The notes beneath the pieces were generated by a model that was given only the letters and a program-made list of their open reading frames with translations, made no database searches and had not been told where the DNA came from. From positions 2,524 through 66,523 of the forward strand of contig JANXVN010000041.1 in the NCBI GenBank assembly GCA_025351645.1: DNA of 64,000 nt, written 5' to 3'. Source of the stretch: Ferruginibacter sp. (lineage in GTDB: Bacteria; Bacteroidota; Bacteroidia; Chitinophagales; Chitinophagaceae). A program made the translations under genes and the position numbers. Positions 28,171 through 36,655 of this stretch are shown here, one piece after another (within the stretch, counting starts at the first letter, position 1; each line of letters opens with the position of its first letter).

Positions 28171-29685
28171 ATGAAAGAAGCATCCATCATATTTCCGCAC
28201 CAGTTATTTAAGCAGCACCCTGCTATTTCCATTGGGCGAACCGTATTTTTAGTAGAAGAAATATTGTTTTTTAAAAAGTACAATTTTCATCAGCAAAAGT
28301 TAGTGCTGCATAGGGCAAGCATGAAGGAATATGAAAGTTTTTTGCTGAAAAAAGAAGTAGATGTAAAGTATGTGGAAGCCACGGATGAGTTGGCTGATGT
28401 AAGAAAATTACTAGTGCATTTACACCAGCAAAAATTTACTGCCATCCACATTGCTGATGTTGCAGATAATTGGCTGTGCAAAAGGATAAAAATAGGCTGT
28501 GCCAAATACGGCATTGAAATAATAGAACATATTTCGCCAAACTTTTTAAACACCCTGGATGGCGTAAAGGCTTATTTTGATGGGAGAAAAACTTACTTTC
28601 AAACAGATTTTTATGTAGCCCAGCGTAAGCAAAGAAATATTTTGTTGGATGCAGGCGGACAGCCACTGGGCGGGCAGTGGAGCTTTGATGCAGATAATAG
28701 GCAACGGTTTCCAAAAACAGCAGTAGCGCCGGTTGTTGCAGCAATTGAAAAAAACGATTATGTTACTGAAGCTAAAACGTACGTTGCAAAAAACTATGGT
28801 AAAAATTATGGCAGTGCCGATAATTTTATTTACCCCACCAACTTTTCCAGTGCTGAAAAATGGCTGGATAAATTTTTTAAAGAACGTTTTACAAACTTTG
28901 GTATTTATGAAGATTCCATTGTAGCAAAGGAATATTACCTCCATCATTCTGTACTTTCTCCCATGCTTAATACGGGCTTATTATCTCCGCAGCAAATTAT
29001 TGACAAGGCGATTATTGCAGCTGATAAATATGGCGTGCCGATAAATTCACTGGAAGGTTTTATCAGGCAGATTATGGGGTGGCGCGAATTTATACGGATA
29101 GTGTACGAACGTGAAGGCAGCAAGCAGCGCACTAAAAATTACTGGGGCTTTACCCGTAAAATACCAGCAAGTTTTTGGGCTGGCAATACAGGCATTGTAC
29201 CTATTGACAATGTGATAAAAAAGGCTTTGCAAACAGGCTATAGCCATCATATTGAAAGGCTGATGGTGATGGGTAATTTTATGCTACTCTGCGAATTTGG
29301 CCCTAACGATGTTTACCGCTGGTTTATGGAAATGTATGTAGATGCGTACGATTGGGTGATGGTGCCCAATGTATATGGCATGACGCAGTTTGCGGATGGA
29401 GGCATTATGACGACCAAGCCGTACATAAGCGGCAGCAATTATATTTTAAAAATGAGCGACCATAAAGCTGCAGTCATAGGCAATGGTTTTAAAGAAAGCT
29501 GGACTGAAATATGGGATGGCTTGTTCTGGCGTTTTATGCATGTGCACCGGGATTTCTTTTCAAAAAATCCGAGGCTTGGCATGCTGCTAAGCACTTTCGA
29601 CAAAATGCCTGCCGATAAAAGGAACAAACACCTTGACAATGCTGAAAAATATTTGGCAAGCCTTGATGAAGCAAACGAAAAATAA
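28171..29685 (+). CDS. Cryptochrome/photolyase-family protein of the PhrB/CryB (COG3046, FeS-BCP-like) type
   Basis: MKEASIIFPHQLF..., GWREFIR, GYSHHIERLMVMGNF, YISGSNYILKMSDH. ATG at 28171 preferred. Confidence 0.8.
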   Translation: MKEASIIFPHQLFKQHPAISIGRTVFLVEEILFFKKYNFHQQKLVLHRASMKEYESFLLKKEVDVKYVEATDELADVRKLLVHLHQQKFTAIHIADVADNWLCKRIKIGCAKYGIEIIEHISPNFLNTLDGVKAYFDGRKTYFQTDFYVAQRKQRNILLDAGGQPLGGQWSFDADNRQRFPKTAVAPVVAAIEKNDYVTEAKTYVAKNYGKNYGSADNFIYPTNFSSAEKWLDKFFKERFTNFGIYEDSIVAKEYYLHHSVLSPMLNTGLLSPQQIIDKAIIAADKYGVPINSLEGFIRQIMGWREFIRIVYEREGSKQRTKNYWGFTRKIPASFWAGNTGIVPIDNVIKKALQTGYSHHIERLMVMGNFMLLCEFGPNDVYRWFMEMYVDAYDWVMVPNVYGMTQFADGGIMTTKPYISGSNYILKMSDHKAAVIGNGFKESWTEIWDGLFWRFMHVHRDFFSKNPRLGMLLSTFDKMPADKRNKHLDNAEKYLASLDEANEK

Positions 29686-29750
29686 TTTTTTTCAAATAAA
29701 TGTTTCCGTCCTTTCTATTATAACGACAAATCTTTCATAAAAACCTATTT

Positions 29751-30104
29751 ATGGAAGCATTTGTAAATCACCACCCGTCCTTTTTGTTGCCTACCTGCAA
29801 AGGCATACAAGTAATAACAATCGATAGCATTATCCGCATTGAAGGTATAAGCAATTACAGCAAGCTGTTTTTTTTAGATGGCAAAACGCTGGTAGTTGCA
29901 AAACTTTTAAAGTGGTTTGAAGAAAAGCTAACGGAAAAAAAGTTTGCCCGTATCCACAAAACACATCTCATAAACACAAAGTTTATTTGCCAATATGTTG
30001 GCGGTACCGGCGGTAAAGTCGGTTTAAGCAATGGCGAATGGGTGCCAGTATCAAAAAGAAAAAAGCAGTTTTTTATTAAAAGCTGGATGGCAATGTCTGC
30101 CTGA
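29751..30104 (+). CDS. Stand-alone LytTR DNA-binding domain protein
   Basis: IIRIEGISNYSKLFFLDGKTLVVAKLLKWFEEKL...FARIHKTHLIN is a LytTR signature. No receiver or sensor domain. Confidence 0.8.
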   Translation: MEAFVNHHPSFLLPTCKGIQVITIDSIIRIEGISNYSKLFFLDGKTLVVAKLLKWFEEKLTEKKFARIHKTHLINTKFICQYVGGTGGKVGLSNGEWVPVSKRKKQFFIKSWMAMSA

Positions 30105-30245
30105 TGTAACATCGTAAATAACGGCAACATAAACTGCAACAGCCTTTTATCTTCTACAAATAATTTAAAATTTTAAATAAAACGGAGGAAGCCGAAAATC
30201 CGGTCATAGAGTAGGCAACGATAAATCTAGTAGTATGAAACTAGA

Positions 30246-30368
30246 ATGATATCATCAAAAGTGCTAAACATCAAAGAAATGATTAACCTGTGTTTAGGCG
30301 AAATAGATGCAGGCCCGTTGGGCAACAACCCTCTGTCAGATGCTATAACAGAGGTAATGCTGTCGTAA
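30246..30368 (+). CDS. 40-codon ORF in the same frame as, and separated by one TAA from, the next ORF (may instead be the 5' part of an interrupted gene)
   Basis: MISSKVLNIKEMINLCLGEIDAGPLGNNPLSDAITEVMLS*. An in-frame TAG at 30231 bounds it upstream. Confidence 0.25.
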   Translation: MISSKVLNIKEMINLCLGEIDAGPLGNNPLSDAITEVMLS

Positions 30369-30842
30369 ATGATAAGAGAAAGTGCCCGGAGAATTATTGC
30401 CCATGATATAAGGCAGCAACTTTTTTCTATCGGCAAAGAAATGATGCTTGCCGCCATGGACGGGCTGGCCCAAGGTTATGAAGATGGCGATGATATTTGC
30501 CCGCCATACTTTCGCCCCAAATGGTGGCATTTTTATGGGCCCCAGCCAGCGCCATGGGCAAATGAAAGGTTTAATGAGGTTGCTTTAAATCCTCAGCCAT
30601 TGCCGCCAGCATTATTTACAGATTTTGGTTTTTATAGTAGGGAAATATTCCTGGCAGAAACCCTCCGTATTGTGGCATCGTTAACAACAAACAAATATTT
30701 TAACGAACAGGTAAAATCGGTAGGGCTGCAATTAATGAGAGGCGCGGCATCAGACAAAGCGTATGAAGAATTTGAATTTAAATGTGGCAGCACCGGCCCT
30801 CGCTCGCCTTTTCCAAAAAGAAGGATTTTGGTTGAGTCGTAA
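30369..30842 (+). CDS. Hypothetical protein (157 aa, Pro/Trp-rich centre)
   Basis: Long ORF, no recognisable motif. Followed by an intrinsic terminator. Confidence 0.45.
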   Translation: MIRESARRIIAHDIRQQLFSIGKEMMLAAMDGLAQGYEDGDDICPPYFRPKWWHFYGPQPAPWANERFNEVALNPQPLPPALFTDFGFYSREIFLAETLRIVASLTTNKYFNEQVKSVGLQLMRGAASDKAYEEFEFKCGSTGPRSPFPKRRILVES

Positions 30843-30947
30843 ATAAATGGTACTTAATGGGCTCATAGTTATGCCAGCACCTCCCTTTAATAAAAAGCTG
30901 CTGCCGGATAAAAAGTACTGTATTTATAAGCAATCCATAAAATGTAT

Positions 30948-30978
30948 AAACCCCTGCCACTACATTGGCGGGGTTTTA
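30948..30978 (+). terminator. Rho-independent terminator
   Basis: AAACCCCTGCCA-CTACAT-TGGCGGGGTTTT stem-loop (one bulged T) followed by TTTTATA. Confidence 0.6.
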
Positions 30979-31017
30979 TATGTAGCTCTATGGCCTTATC
31001 TTTACAAAAATATACCT

Positions 31018-31545
31018 ATGGAATTAATACCAAAAAAAGCAAGTGAAAGCTTTATAGTAATGAATGAATTAGTACTGCCGAACGATACCAACGTGTTTGG
31101 TAATTTAATGGGTGGCCGCCTGATGTATTGGATGGATATTGCTGCCAGCATGGCAAGCAGCAAACACTGCAATGCCCCCAGCATGACTGCATCTGTAGAT
31201 AATATTTCTTTTAAAAATCCCATTATACTAGGCAACGTAGTACATATAGAAGCATATGTTACCAGGGCTTTTAACACTTCTATGGAAATATACATTAAGG
31301 TATGGGGAGAAGATAACTGGCACCAGCACAAATACGAAAGTAACGAAGCCTACTTTACTTTTGTAGCGCTGGATAGCCACCGAAGGCCAACGGCAGTGCC
31401 ACCAATAATTGCGGAGTCGGAAGAAGAGAAAAAGTTTTATGCAGGTGCGCTCAGGAGAAGGCAATTACGTTTAATATTAAGTGGAAAGATGAAGCCAGAA
31501 GATGCCGAAGAGCTGAAAGCCTTATTTACAACTACAACAAATTAA
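31018..31545 (+). CDS. Acyl-CoA thioesterase (hotdog fold)
   Basis: MELIPKKASESFIVMNELVLPNDTNVFGNLMGGRLMYWMDIAA. The ORF-track extension from 30847 covers the upstream terminator, so ATG 31018 is used. Confidence 0.8.
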   Translation: MELIPKKASESFIVMNELVLPNDTNVFGNLMGGRLMYWMDIAASMASSKHCNAPSMTASVDNISFKNPIILGNVVHIEAYVTRAFNTSMEIYIKVWGEDNWHQHKYESNEAYFTFVALDSHRRPTAVPPIIAESEEEKKFYAGALRRRQLRLILSGKMKPEDAEELKALFTTTTN

Positions 31546-32669
31546 TCTGGCTGATAATTGAAGGGCAGTGTATTAGCCGCCCGCTCATACTTCCAGTAGC
31601 CTTCATAGTTAACACTTGTTGGGTCGCTTAGCACTCCTGCATTGTTGAGCCCAATATTCGCCTTTTTAAATTGCAGGAAAGATTCTACGCCTTTTTTAAG
31701 GCTGCCACTAGTATTTTCATTTAAAGTTAAAAACTTTTTGCCTGCCGGGTTTTTCATGTATTGCACCAACAGTTTTCCTTCTGCCCTGATAGAAAAATTA
31801 TTAGCGCTGTCAATGTATAAAATTTGGTTGGCAGGTATCGGCACAGCCCTCATCTTTTCATTTTCGGCAGCGGCTACCGGGTCGTTATAGAAACTCATTT
31901 TTGAGCTATCTTTTACCGGCGGTATTAAAAAAGTGGCATAGCCTTGCTGGTATAATTGGTTAGCAATAAGGCTGCGGTAAAAGTGCATGGTGCTGCCATA
32001 GTAACAATCCCGCCGGTACTTTGCATATGTTTTGCTATTGCCTAAAGGTTCGTACCGCACGTAGCCGGTAAGGTAATTTGCGCCCGTTAACTGGTCATAA
32101 AAAAACTCCGATATATCAAGGTTCATCTTATAGCCCAGCATGTTATTAATAATAACTATTGTTGTATCGGCGTAAGCAGCAAAAACAGATTTGTTATTGC
32201 CCTGCATAAAATAAATAGCCTGCGCATTTTGTATGGCACATTGGGTGGCTTCCTGCGTAAAGCCTAAAAAACTTTGAAATAAAATTTCTAGTGCCTGCCT
32301 CCTTGCCGCAGGTTCTGTAAAAGCTATTTCCGATTTTTGGGGCCTTGTTTTGGCTGCTATCTTTACCACAATCCTTTTGCCTTCAATCTGCGCGGCTGTT
32401 GGCTTAAATACCAATACTTCGTACCCTTTGCAGGCAACTACCATTTCAGTATTTAATAATGTTACGTTATCTAAAGTAAAAGCGCCCTGGCTATTTGTGT
32501 TGGTGGCAATGGTAGTATTATTAAAGTATACGCTGGCATTAGGTATGGGCGTATCGCCATTTTCATCTACAACCCTGCCAGTAATATTTATTTGTGAAAA
32601 TGCTGTTGTGGATAAAACAAGCAGCGATAAAAACCAGCAGTAGTGCCAGCTTATTTTTAGAGGTGCCAT
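31542..32669 (-). CDS. Secreted CarboxypepD_reg-like domain protein, unknown function
   Basis: Signal peptide, then ITGRVVDENGDTPIPNASVYF. Confidence 0.55.
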   Translation of the reverse strand: MAPLKISWHYCWFLSLLVLSTTAFSQINITGRVVDENGDTPIPNASVYFNNTTIATNTNSQGAFTLDNVTLLNTEMVVACKGYEVLVFKPTAAQIEGKRIVVKIAAKTRPQKSEIAFTEPAARRQALEILFQSFLGFTQEATQCAIQNAQAIYFMQGNNKSVFAAYADTTIVIINNMLGYKMNLDISEFFYDQLTGANYLTGYVRYEPLGNSKTYAKYRRDCYYGSTMHFYRSLIANQLYQQGYATFLIPPVKDSSKMSFYNDPVAAAENEKMRAVPIPANQILYIDSANNFSIRAEGKLLVQYMKNPAGKKFLTLNENTSGSLKKGVESFLQFKKANIGLNNAGVLSDPTSVNYEGYWKYERAANTLPFNYQPD

Positions 32670-32673
32670 ACAT

Positions 32674-33444
32674 TTATTTATCTAACGAACTCATTAAATG
32701 ATGCTTGCCTTTAAGCATATATTTTTTGCTTTGTTCAATGGCATCCATTACAACTTCCAGTATATTTTCGTTGGTATCGTCGTAATTTATTACCAACGGA
32801 TCTTTAAAAGTAACGGTGAGTTTAGAGCCTGTTTTTTTAAACTTTAGGCCTTTTTTATTAAAGGCACGCCAGTAGCCATTTATAACAACTGGTATAACAA
32901 TTGGGCGGTGCTGCTTAATAATAAAAGCAGTGCCTTTACGGCCTGGTGCAAAAGGCTTTGTGGTGCCTTGCGGAAAAGTAATGACCCAATTATTTTTTAA
33001 TGCCCGTTCAATTTTCCTGGTATCTGCGGGGTCCAAACTTCTTCTTATTTCTGTGCCATCGGTACGCCAGGTGCGCTTTACTGTTATGGCGCCACCAAGG
33101 CTAAGCAACCTGCTTATCCAGCTGCTCTTCATGGTTTCTTCAGCGGCTACATAATTTATGCGGGTAAAGGGCCAAAGCAAATAATAAGGCACCCCTAGCG
33201 TATGTTTTTTACGCCAGCTAACGGCACAAAAAATATGGATGAACGTCATTACATCTGCAAAATATGTCTGGTGGTTGCTTACAAAAAGTACATTTTTTTT
33301 AGGGAGCTTATGCAGGTTTTCCATGCCATTTATCTGCAGCTTATTAAAAATATTAATGCCGGGGTATGAGGCTATGCCCACAATGGCATACACTATGCCC
33401 TTAACAAGCCTCGTCTCTTTAAATCGTTTAAACCAATGCGGCAT
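32674..33444 (-). CDS. Lysophospholipid (1-acyl-sn-glycerol-3-phosphate-type) acyltransferase family protein
   Basis: VSNHQTYFAD acyltransferase His/Asp box, FPQGTT. Confidence 0.75.
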   Translation of the reverse strand: MPHWFKRFKETRLVKGIVYAIVGIASYPGINIFNKLQINGMENLHKLPKKNVLFVSNHQTYFADVMTFIHIFCAVSWRKKHTLGVPYYLLWPFTRINYVAAEETMKSSWISRLLSLGGAITVKRTWRTDGTEIRRSLDPADTRKIERALKNNWVITFPQGTTKPFAPGRKGTAFIIKQHRPIVIPVVINGYWRAFNKKGLKFKKTGSKLTVTFKDPLVINYDDTNENILEVVMDAIEQSKKYMLKGKHHLMSSLDK

Positions 33445-33553
33445 TTAAATTTTTTTTACACCCTCAGGTGGTTATGCAATATACGTATTAATCATTTTTT
33501 AACACTGCAGAAACCAGATTTTATTACAAACCTGTTTTTCATCACTATTAATC

Positions 33554-33643
33554 CAATGCCATCAAGTTAAGGATATAACTTTGGCTTTACCTCACCTTGC
33601 TCCTCTTCAAAGGAGAGGAAATGGCTTTATCTTAAACGTATTG
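33554..33643 (-). mobile_element. Family B element, degenerate copy (B3)
   Basis: CAATGCCATCAAGTTAAG...CTTTACCTCACC...CCTCTTCAAAGGAGAGG...CTTAAACGTATTG. TIRs and flanks are mutated. Confidence 0.6.
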
Positions 33644-33659
33644 TAATATCTTTACTACT

Positions 33660-34316
33660 ATGCAATTGAACACAGTTATTTTTGATATGGATGGCTTACT
33701 GATAGATTCAGAGCCACTTTGGGGCGAAGCGGCCGACGAAGTTTTTAAACGGTACGGTTTTAAGCTTAGCCCAACCCAATATGCCACCACCACAGGCATG
33801 CGTACCAAAGAGTTTGTGGAGTGGTGGTTTACGCACCATAAAATAGAAGCTAAACACAATGCCGATGCAGAGCGTGATATCTTACAGACGGTAGTTGATA
33901 AAGTAGCTGCCAAAGGCAAGCCAATGCCGGGCGTAGCGCATATTTTCAACTTTTTTATTGAACGAAACTTTAAGATTGGCCTTGCCACTTCATCAGGTAT
34001 AAAATTAATTGATGTGGTGGTAAATAAACTTGGCATCCGCAATTATTTGCAGGCCATAGAATCTGCCGCCGACCTGCCTTATGGCAAGCCGCATCCGCAG
34101 GTATATTTAAATTGTGCCGAAGCACTCAACAGCCGCCCAACAGAATGCCTATGTTTTGAAGACTCTTTCAATGGTATAATCGCTGCCAAGGCGGCCCGCA
34201 TGCGTTGCGTGACAGTGCCAGGCATACACGATAAGCAAAACCTAAAATTTAATGCGGCAGACTTGAAGATATCATCGCTGCAAAATTTTAATGCGCTGTT
34301 AATGGAGACGTTGTAA
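33660..34316 (+). CDS. HAD-superfamily sugar phosphatase (HxpB/beta-phosphoglucomutase-like)
   Basis: VIFDMDGLLIDSE (DxDG motif I), ATSS, FEDSFNG. Confidence 0.8.
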   Translation: MQLNTVIFDMDGLLIDSEPLWGEAADEVFKRYGFKLSPTQYATTTGMRTKEFVEWWFTHHKIEAKHNADAERDILQTVVDKVAAKGKPMPGVAHIFNFFIERNFKIGLATSSGIKLIDVVVNKLGIRNYLQAIESAADLPYGKPHPQVYLNCAEALNSRPTECLCFEDSFNGIIAAKAARMRCVTVPGIHDKQNLKFNAADLKISSLQNFNALLMETL

Positions 34317-34572
34317 TTTTTTTAGTTTTGTTTTATGCTGCAGGTGCCCTCATTTAGTTGTAAGTCAACGGGCTGCAAAAAAGTGATTCAAAATGTAAAA
34401 CAACGTGCTTTGTTAGCAAAGCTATTGTAGGTGAAATTTAGCGAAGGAAATTAAGGGAGCGAAAGCACGTTTTAAATTACTTGAGGAGCAAAACTTTTAC
34501 CTTCTTCTTATCCTTTAATAAAAATAATTTAGCAGCATCCCATTTCTTTCTATCTTCCAAAAAAATAAAACT

Positions 34573-36453
34573 ATGTTTAAACAATTACTAATTGGTGCAT
34601 GCTTTTGCATAAGCTTTTCCATTGTACAAGCGCAAGAGCTATACCAGCCAAGAGATGTAACTGCAGCTTTTAAAAAAGGCACCCGTTCTGCCGATGGCAT
34701 GCCAGGCAAAAATTACTGGCAAAATTATGGCCGCTACGATATTACCATTACCGCTGCCCCGCCATCAAGGGCTATAAAAGGGTCTGAAAAAATCACGTAC
34801 ATCAACAATAGCCCAGATACTATCCGTAACCCTATCGTAAAACTTATAGTAAACATCCATAAGCCTGGCGCTATGCGGTACAACGATGCGCAGGATGATT
34901 ACCTTACCTCCGGCACGCACATTGATGCGTTGTCATCAGCTGATAAAAATATAGAATGGCAGGAGCCTGATTATCATGGTACCTGGCAACAGATACGTTT
35001 GCCAAATCCGTTACTGCCGCACGATTCAGTACAGCTTTCTATCGATTGGCATTATGATGTATCGCTTAAAAGCGGCAGGGAAGGCATGCTCGATTCAACC
35101 ACTTATTTTCTCGCCTACTTTTATCCACGGATAGCCGTGTTGGATGATATCTCAGGCTGGGACAGGATGGAGTTTACAGATGCACAAGAATTTTATAACG
35201 ACTTCAACGACTATAAGCTTACCGTAAACGTGCCTAAAAATTATGTTGTATGGAGCACCGGCACTTTACAAAATACCAGCGAAGTTTTGCAGGCAACTTT
35301 TGCAGACAGGCTTACTAAATCGATGACGACAGATGAATTGATAAACGTTGCCACTGCAAAAGATATGGCATCGAAAATTGTGACCAAACAAAATAATATC
35401 AACTCCTGGAAATGGGCTGCCACAAATATTACTGATGTCGCCCTTGCCATAAGCGACCATTACGTTTGGGATGCCAGCAGCGTAATTGTAGACGAAAAAA
35501 CTAAACGAAGGGCAAGTGTGCAAGCAGCCTATAATGATACCGCAAAAGATTTTCATTTCATGGTAGGTTTTGGCCGCCATGCACTAAGCTGGCTATCCAG
35601 CAACTGGCCGGGGGTAGCTTATCCTTTTCCTAAAACCACTATTGTACAGGGCTTTGCAGGTATGGAGTACCCTATGATGGTAAACGATGAAACCTATGAT
35701 GATACTACGTTTTCGAGGTTTGTGGCAGAACATGAAATTGCACATACCTGGTTTCCGTTTTATATGGGCATCAATGAGCACCGCTATGGTTTTATGGATG
35801 AAGGCTGGGCCACCACCTTTGAGTGGCTAATTGGCAACGTTGATTTAGGTAATGAAACCGCTACCGGATTTTTTAAGCAATTCAGGGTAAACCAGTGGAT
35901 AAATGACCCTGCTGCTGAAGAAGACTTGCCAATTATTACACCCGGCAATATGATGAACGGAGCAGGGATGGGCAATAACGAATATGGCAAAGCATCCCTC
36001 GGCTACCTTGCCGTAAAAGATTTGTTGGGCGATGATGTTTTTAGAAAATGCTTGCATGGTTTTATGGATCGCTGGCATGGCAAGCATCCAATTCCGTGGG
36101 ATTTCTTTTATTCGTTCAACAACCTTTCCGGTACCAACCTTAACTGGTTTTGGAACCGCTGGTTTTTTAGCCATGGCTATATCGACCTTGCCATACAGGA
36201 TGTAAAAAAATCCACAGTAGGTTATACGGTAACAATAAAAAATATTGGGGGCTTTACCGCACCAGTAAATATTATTGTAACAAATGCTGATGGCACAAAA
36301 TCAATTTTTCATCAAACACCAAACATCTGGGCGTCTAATCAAGACGTAACAACAGTTAGTATCGCAACTAATAAAACCATAAAATCAGTAACCCTGGATG
36401 GCGGAATTTTTATGGATGCGGATACCAGCAATAATAATTTTATTGTTCAATAA
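34573..36453 (+). CDS. M1-family zinc metallopeptidase, secreted
   Basis: Signal peptide, HEIAHTWF (HExxH) and downstream MDEGWATTFE (third Zn ligand Glu). Confidence 0.85.
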   Translation: MFKQLLIGACFCISFSIVQAQELYQPRDVTAAFKKGTRSADGMPGKNYWQNYGRYDITITAAPPSRAIKGSEKITYINNSPDTIRNPIVKLIVNIHKPGAMRYNDAQDDYLTSGTHIDALSSADKNIEWQEPDYHGTWQQIRLPNPLLPHDSVQLSIDWHYDVSLKSGREGMLDSTTYFLAYFYPRIAVLDDISGWDRMEFTDAQEFYNDFNDYKLTVNVPKNYVVWSTGTLQNTSEVLQATFADRLTKSMTTDELINVATAKDMASKIVTKQNNINSWKWAATNITDVALAISDHYVWDASSVIVDEKTKRRASVQAAYNDTAKDFHFMVGFGRHALSWLSSNWPGVAYPFPKTTIVQGFAGMEYPMMVNDETYDDTTFSRFVAEHEIAHTWFPFYMGINEHRYGFMDEGWATTFEWLIGNVDLGNETATGFFKQFRVNQWINDPAAEEDLPIITPGNMMNGAGMGNNEYGKASLGYLAVKDLLGDDVFRKCLHGFMDRWHGKHPIPWDFFYSFNNLSGTNLNWFWNRWFFSHGYIDLAIQDVKKSTVGYTVTIKNIGGFTAPVNIIVTNADGTKSIFHQTPNIWASNQDVTTVSIATNKTIKSVTLDGGIFMDADTSNNNFIVQ

Positions 36454-36485
36454 TATGGTTGCTTGATAGAGCATAACTTAAAAAC

Positions 36486-36517
36486 AATGCAGCAATAAAT
36501 TTTGCTGCATTATTTTT
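36486..36517 (+). terminator. Rho-independent terminator
   Basis: AATGCAGCAA-TAAATT-TTGCTGCATT (10-bp perfect stem) followed by ATTTTTA. Confidence 0.7.
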
Positions 36518-36535
36518 ACTGCCAGGGCAAAAATT

Positions 36536-36612
36536 CTTTTTGCCCCGGCTAATACAGCAGCTTTGGTCATCATTGTTGTGTCACTCACTTCAACCGCATA
36601 CCTTTTTGGTAC
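36536..36612 (+). repeat. Family C-type element with a third core (copy C3)
   Basis: CTTTTTGCCCCGGCTAATACAGCAGCT 5' module and CCTTTTTGGTAC 3' end. The core is unrelated to A or C1/C2. Confidence 0.6.
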
Positions 36613-36655
36613 ACTTCCTCAGTTTACTACCTTTTTCTTACTGCGTGTGGCTTGC

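Noticed and set aside
26108-30368. Stop-codon reassignment or readthrough of TAA (in-frame TAAs at 26108 in hicA and 30366 between two ORFs)
   Set aside because: TAA terminates conserved genes at their expected C-termini throughout the window (for example guaA at 14408-14410 and fabF at 56068-56070). Genome-wide recoding is therefore not supported.
30847-31017. ORF-track N-terminal extensions (30847 for the thioesterase; likewise 45727 nrdJ, 43396, 27825, 38215, 43406, 44993, 45442, 7883, 15931)
   Set aside because: The extensions cross terminators, repeats or neighbouring genes, and they precede a Met that matches the conserved family N-terminus. Shorter starts were used.
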